NCBI GenBank assembly: GCA_041181745.1
Contig: JBEGOY010000056.1
Location: 5,918 to 69,917, forward strand
Reading direction: 5' to 3'
From: Actinomycetota bacterium
GTDB taxonomy: Bacteria > Actinomycetota > Actinomycetes > Actinomycetales > Microbacteriaceae
Length of the DNA stretch: 64,000 nt
Shown here: in pieces, positions 61,199 through 64,000 of the stretch
Layout of the letters: the number at the start of each line of letters is the position of its first letter
Numbering within the stretch: the first letter of the stretch is position 1
Notes under the pieces: model-generated
What the model saw: the letters and a program-made list of their open reading frames with translations, nothing else
What the model was told of the DNA's origin: nothing
The model's database searches: none
Position numbers and translations under genes: made by a program

Positions 61199-64000
61199 TG
61201 CCAAAACGTAGCGACATCAATAGCGTTCTAGTAATCGGCTCAGGCCCAATCGTGATTGGCCAAGCCTGTGAATTTGACTATTCCGGAACCCAAGCCTGTC
61301 GAGTGCTTCGAGCAGAAGGCATCCGAGTAATTCTGGTTAATTCGAACCCAGCCACAATCATGACTGACCCAGATTTCGCCGACGCCACATACATCGAACC
61401 GATTACTCCCGAGGTAATCGAAGCGATTATTGCCAAAGAAAAACCAGATGCGATTTTGCCAACTCTTGGTGGTCAGACGGCACTTAATGCGGCCATGGCT
61501 TTGCACGAGCTTGGAATCCTCGAAAAATACAACGTTGAACTTATTGGTGCAAAGGTTGACGCCATTAAGAAGGGCGAAGATCGTCAAATCTTTAAGCAGC
61601 TGGTGCTCGATGCAGGCGCCGACGTAGCAAAGTCGGTGATTTGTTCGACCTTGGATGAATGCCTCGACGCCGCAGCCGAGCTTGGTTACCCGCTAATGGT
61701 TCAGCCCTCCTTCACCATGGGTGGTTTGGGTTCCGGTTTCGCATACAACGAAGAAGAGCTGCGTCGAATTTGTGGCGCCGGATTGCAGGCCAGCCCGGTT
61801 TCACAGGTGTTGCTTTCGGAATCAATTCTTGGTTGGAAGGAATACGAACTTGAGTTGATGCGAGACACCAACGATAACTGCGTGGTGGTTTGTTCAATCG
61901 AGAACGTTGACCCAGTTGGTGTTCACACCGGCGACTCAATCACCGTTGCTCCTGCGCTAACGCTGACTGACCGCGAGTATCAAAACCTGCGTGACATCAG
62001 CATCGACATCATTCGTGCGGTGGGAGTAGACACCGGCGGCTGCAACATTCAGTTTGCTGTGAATCCTGAAAACGGTCGAGTGGTCGTCATCGAGATGAAC
62101 CCACGCGTGAGCCGATCATCCGCCCTTGCTTCTAAGGCAACAGGTTTTCCGATTGCCAAGATTGCAGCAAAACTTGCGGTTGGCTACACCCTCGATGAAA
62201 TTCCAAATGACATCACACGAGTCACTCCGGCCAGCTTTGAGCCAACCCTTGACTACATCGTGGTAAAGGTTCCGCGTTTTGCATTCGAGAAATTCCCGGC
62301 AGCGAATCCTGAATTGACCACCACTATGAAGTCAGTCGGTGAGGCGATGGCTATCGGCCGCAATTACTCGCAGGCTTTGCAAAAGGCGCTTCGCAGCCTT
62401 GAGCGCCGGGGTTCATCTTTCCACTGGAATGGTTTGCCAGGGGACAAGGCTGAACTTCTTGAGGCAATCAAAACCCCGACCGATGGTCGAATTGTTTTGT
62501 TGCAGCAAGCTTTGCGAGCAGGTGCAACAGCCTCCGAGGTATTTGAGTCAACCAAGATGGATCCGTGGTTCATCGATCAGATTGTTCTTATCAATGAAGT
62601 AGCCGCCGACATCTCTGCAGCGCCGTCACTTGACGCCGAGGTTATTCGCAACGCCAAAGACCATGGTTTTAGCGACATTCAAATTGCTGACCTTCGTGGA
62701 ATTTCTGAGACCGAAGTTCGTGTCATGCGCCACGATTTCAAACTTCGACCTGTTTTCAAGACCGTGGATACCTGTGCCGGTGAGTTCCCGGCTCTAACCC
62801 CTTATCACTACAGCACGTATGAAGAGGAGACCGAGGTAGTACCTTCCGATCGCAAAAAGGTGGTAATTCTTGGTTCGGGCCCAAACCGAATTGGTCAGGG
62901 TGTTGAATTCGACTACAGCTGTGTTCACGCTTCGTTTGCGTTATCTGATGCTGGTTATGAAACCATCATGATCAACTGCAACCCCGAAACAGTGTCAACC
63001 GACTATGACACTTCGGATCGTCTTTATTTTGAGCCACTGACTCTTGAAGATGTGCTTGAAGTAATTCACGCTGAGCAACAAAGCGGTCAATTGATCGGAG
63101 TTGTGGTTCAGCTTGGTGGTCAAACAGCCCTTGGTCTTGCCAAGGGTCTCGAAGCTGCAGGAATTCCGATTCTTGGAACCAGCCCAAGCGCAATCGATTT
63201 GGCCGAGGAACGTGGCTTGTTTTCAAAGATTCTTGATGATGGTGGCCTGCTGTCACCGGCTAATGGAACCGCGGTCACTTTGGCAGAGGCAGAAGTCATT
63301 GCTAATCGCATCGGTTATCCGGTGCTGGTTCGACCATCTTTCGTACTCGGTGGTCGTGGCATGGAAATTGTTTACGATCAAAATGGAATCTGCGATTACT
63401 TTGATCGCATCGAAGATCAGGGCATCGTTGGGCCAAGTCACCCACTTCTGGTAGACCGCTTCCTTGATGATGCAATTGAAATTGACATCGATGCACTATT
63501 CGACGGAACAGATTTGTTTGTTGGCGGTGTTATGGAGCACATTGAAGAAGCCGGTATTCACTCGGGCGATTCAAGTTGCACATTGCCTCCAATCACAATG
63601 AGTGATTCGCAGATCGCTCGTGTGCGTGAGGCCACTCTCAAAATCGCTCAGGGCATTGGTGTTCGAGGTTTGTTGAATGTGCAGTTTGCCTTGGCGGCTG
63701 ACGTTCTATACGTGTTAGAGGCCAACCCGCGTGCTTCTCGAACTGTGCCATTCGTATCCAAGGCGCTTGGCATCACTTTGGCCAAGGCAGCGTCTCTTGT
63801 GATGGTAGGCAAGACCATCAAGCAGCTCGTTGCCGAAGGTCACCTGCCAGCCAAGGATGGAACTTACATTCCTGCAGGGGCGCCAATTGCTGTTAAAGAA
63901 GCTGTTTTGCCGTTCAAGCGCTTTGCTACCAAGGATGGCCGTTTCGTTGACTCACTGCTGGGCCCTGAAATGCGCTCAACCGGTGAAGTCATGGGAATCG
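61198..64000 (+). CDS. carB: Carbamoyl-phosphate synthase large subunit (3'-truncated by window edge; absent from the ORF track)
   Basis: ATG at 61198 reads [48 protein letters not shown] and GPNRIGQG follow. Frame checked at several points. Confidence 0.96.
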   Translation, partial: MPKRSDINSVLVIGSGPIVIGQACEFDYSGTQACRVLRAEGIRVILVNSNPATIMTDPDFADATYIEPITPEVIEAIIAKEKPDAILPTLGGQTALNAAMALHELGILEKYNVELIGAKVDAIKKGEDRQIFKQLVLDAGADVAKSVICSTLDECLDAAAELGYPLMVQPSFTMGGLGSGFAYNEEELRRICGAGLQASPVSQVLLSESILGWKEYELELMRDTNDNCVVVCSIENVDPVGVHTGDSITVAPALTLTDREYQNLRDISIDIIRAVGVDTGGCNIQFAVNPENGRVVVIEMNPRVSRSSALASKATGFPIAKIAAKLAVGYTLDEIPNDITRVTPASFEPTLDYIVVKVPRFAFEKFPAANPELTTTMKSVGEAMAIGRNYSQALQKALRSLERRGSSFHWNGLPGDKAELLEAIKTPTDGRIVLLQQALRAGATASEVFESTKMDPWFIDQIVLINEVAADISAAPSLDAEVIRNAKDHGFSDIQIADLRGISETEVRVMRHDFKLRPVFKTVDTCAGEFPALTPYHYSTYEEETEVVPSDRKKVVILGSGPNRIGQGVEFDYSCVHASFALSDAGYETIMINCNPETVSTDYDTSDRLYFEPLTLEDVLEVIHAEQQSGQLIGVVVQLGGQTALGLAKGLEAAGIPILGTSPSAIDLAEERGLFSKILDDGGLLSPANGTAVTLAEAEVIANRIGYPVLVRPSFVLGGRGMEIVYDQNGICDYFDRIEDQGIVGPSHPLLVDRFLDDAIEIDIDALFDGTDLFVGGVMEHIEEAGIHSGDSSCTLPPITMSDSQIARVREATLKIAQGIGVRGLLNVQFALAADVLYVLEANPRASRTVPFVSKALGITLAKAASLVMVGKTIKQLVAEGHLPAKDGTYIPAGAPIAVKEAVLPFKRFATKDGRFVDSLLGPEMRSTGEVMGI

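Noticed and set aside
61198-64000. Apparent absence of a long ORF at the window end (possible pseudogene)
   Set aside because: carB runs off the window without a stop, so the ORF track omitted it; the frame is consistent at all points checked.

Overview
Core-genome window of a streamlined actinobacterium of moderate GC (roughly half G+C by eye). It is most consistent with a planktonic Microbacteriaceae (Luna cluster, Rhodoluna/Aquiluna-like); this is inferred from gene order and compactness. It holds about 60 tightly packed housekeeping CDSs: principal sigma factor, murT-gatD, topo IV, sepH, dut, acnA, dxs, rnd, sseA-sufE, zapE, two amt genes, mqo, thrS, pdxST, ruvCAB, yajC-secDF, rel, rarA, rpsD, alaS, mltG, the aro operon, efp-nusB and the pyr operon through a truncated carB. 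There is also a tRNA-Gly/Cys/Val cluster. I found no integrase, transposase, prophage or CRISPR-Cas. The most notable signals are subtle: (1) a MurT/GatD pair whose GatD has no cysteine at all, a possible repurposed D-Glu alpha-carboxyl ligase; (2) a principal sigma factor with a MinD/FtsY-like amphipathic N-terminus plus about 41 perfectly phased KPAA-type repeats; (3) tandem Amt paralogs, one twin-His and one Glu-His; (4) a 73-bp-period array of tRNA-Val 3' ends with an anti-tRNA segment and terminators; (5) a diproline uORF in front of efp; (6) structured leaders before the sigma gene and rpsD; (7) paired R169Q/D207S changes in CarB; (8) recurrent leaderless and bidirectional promoters.
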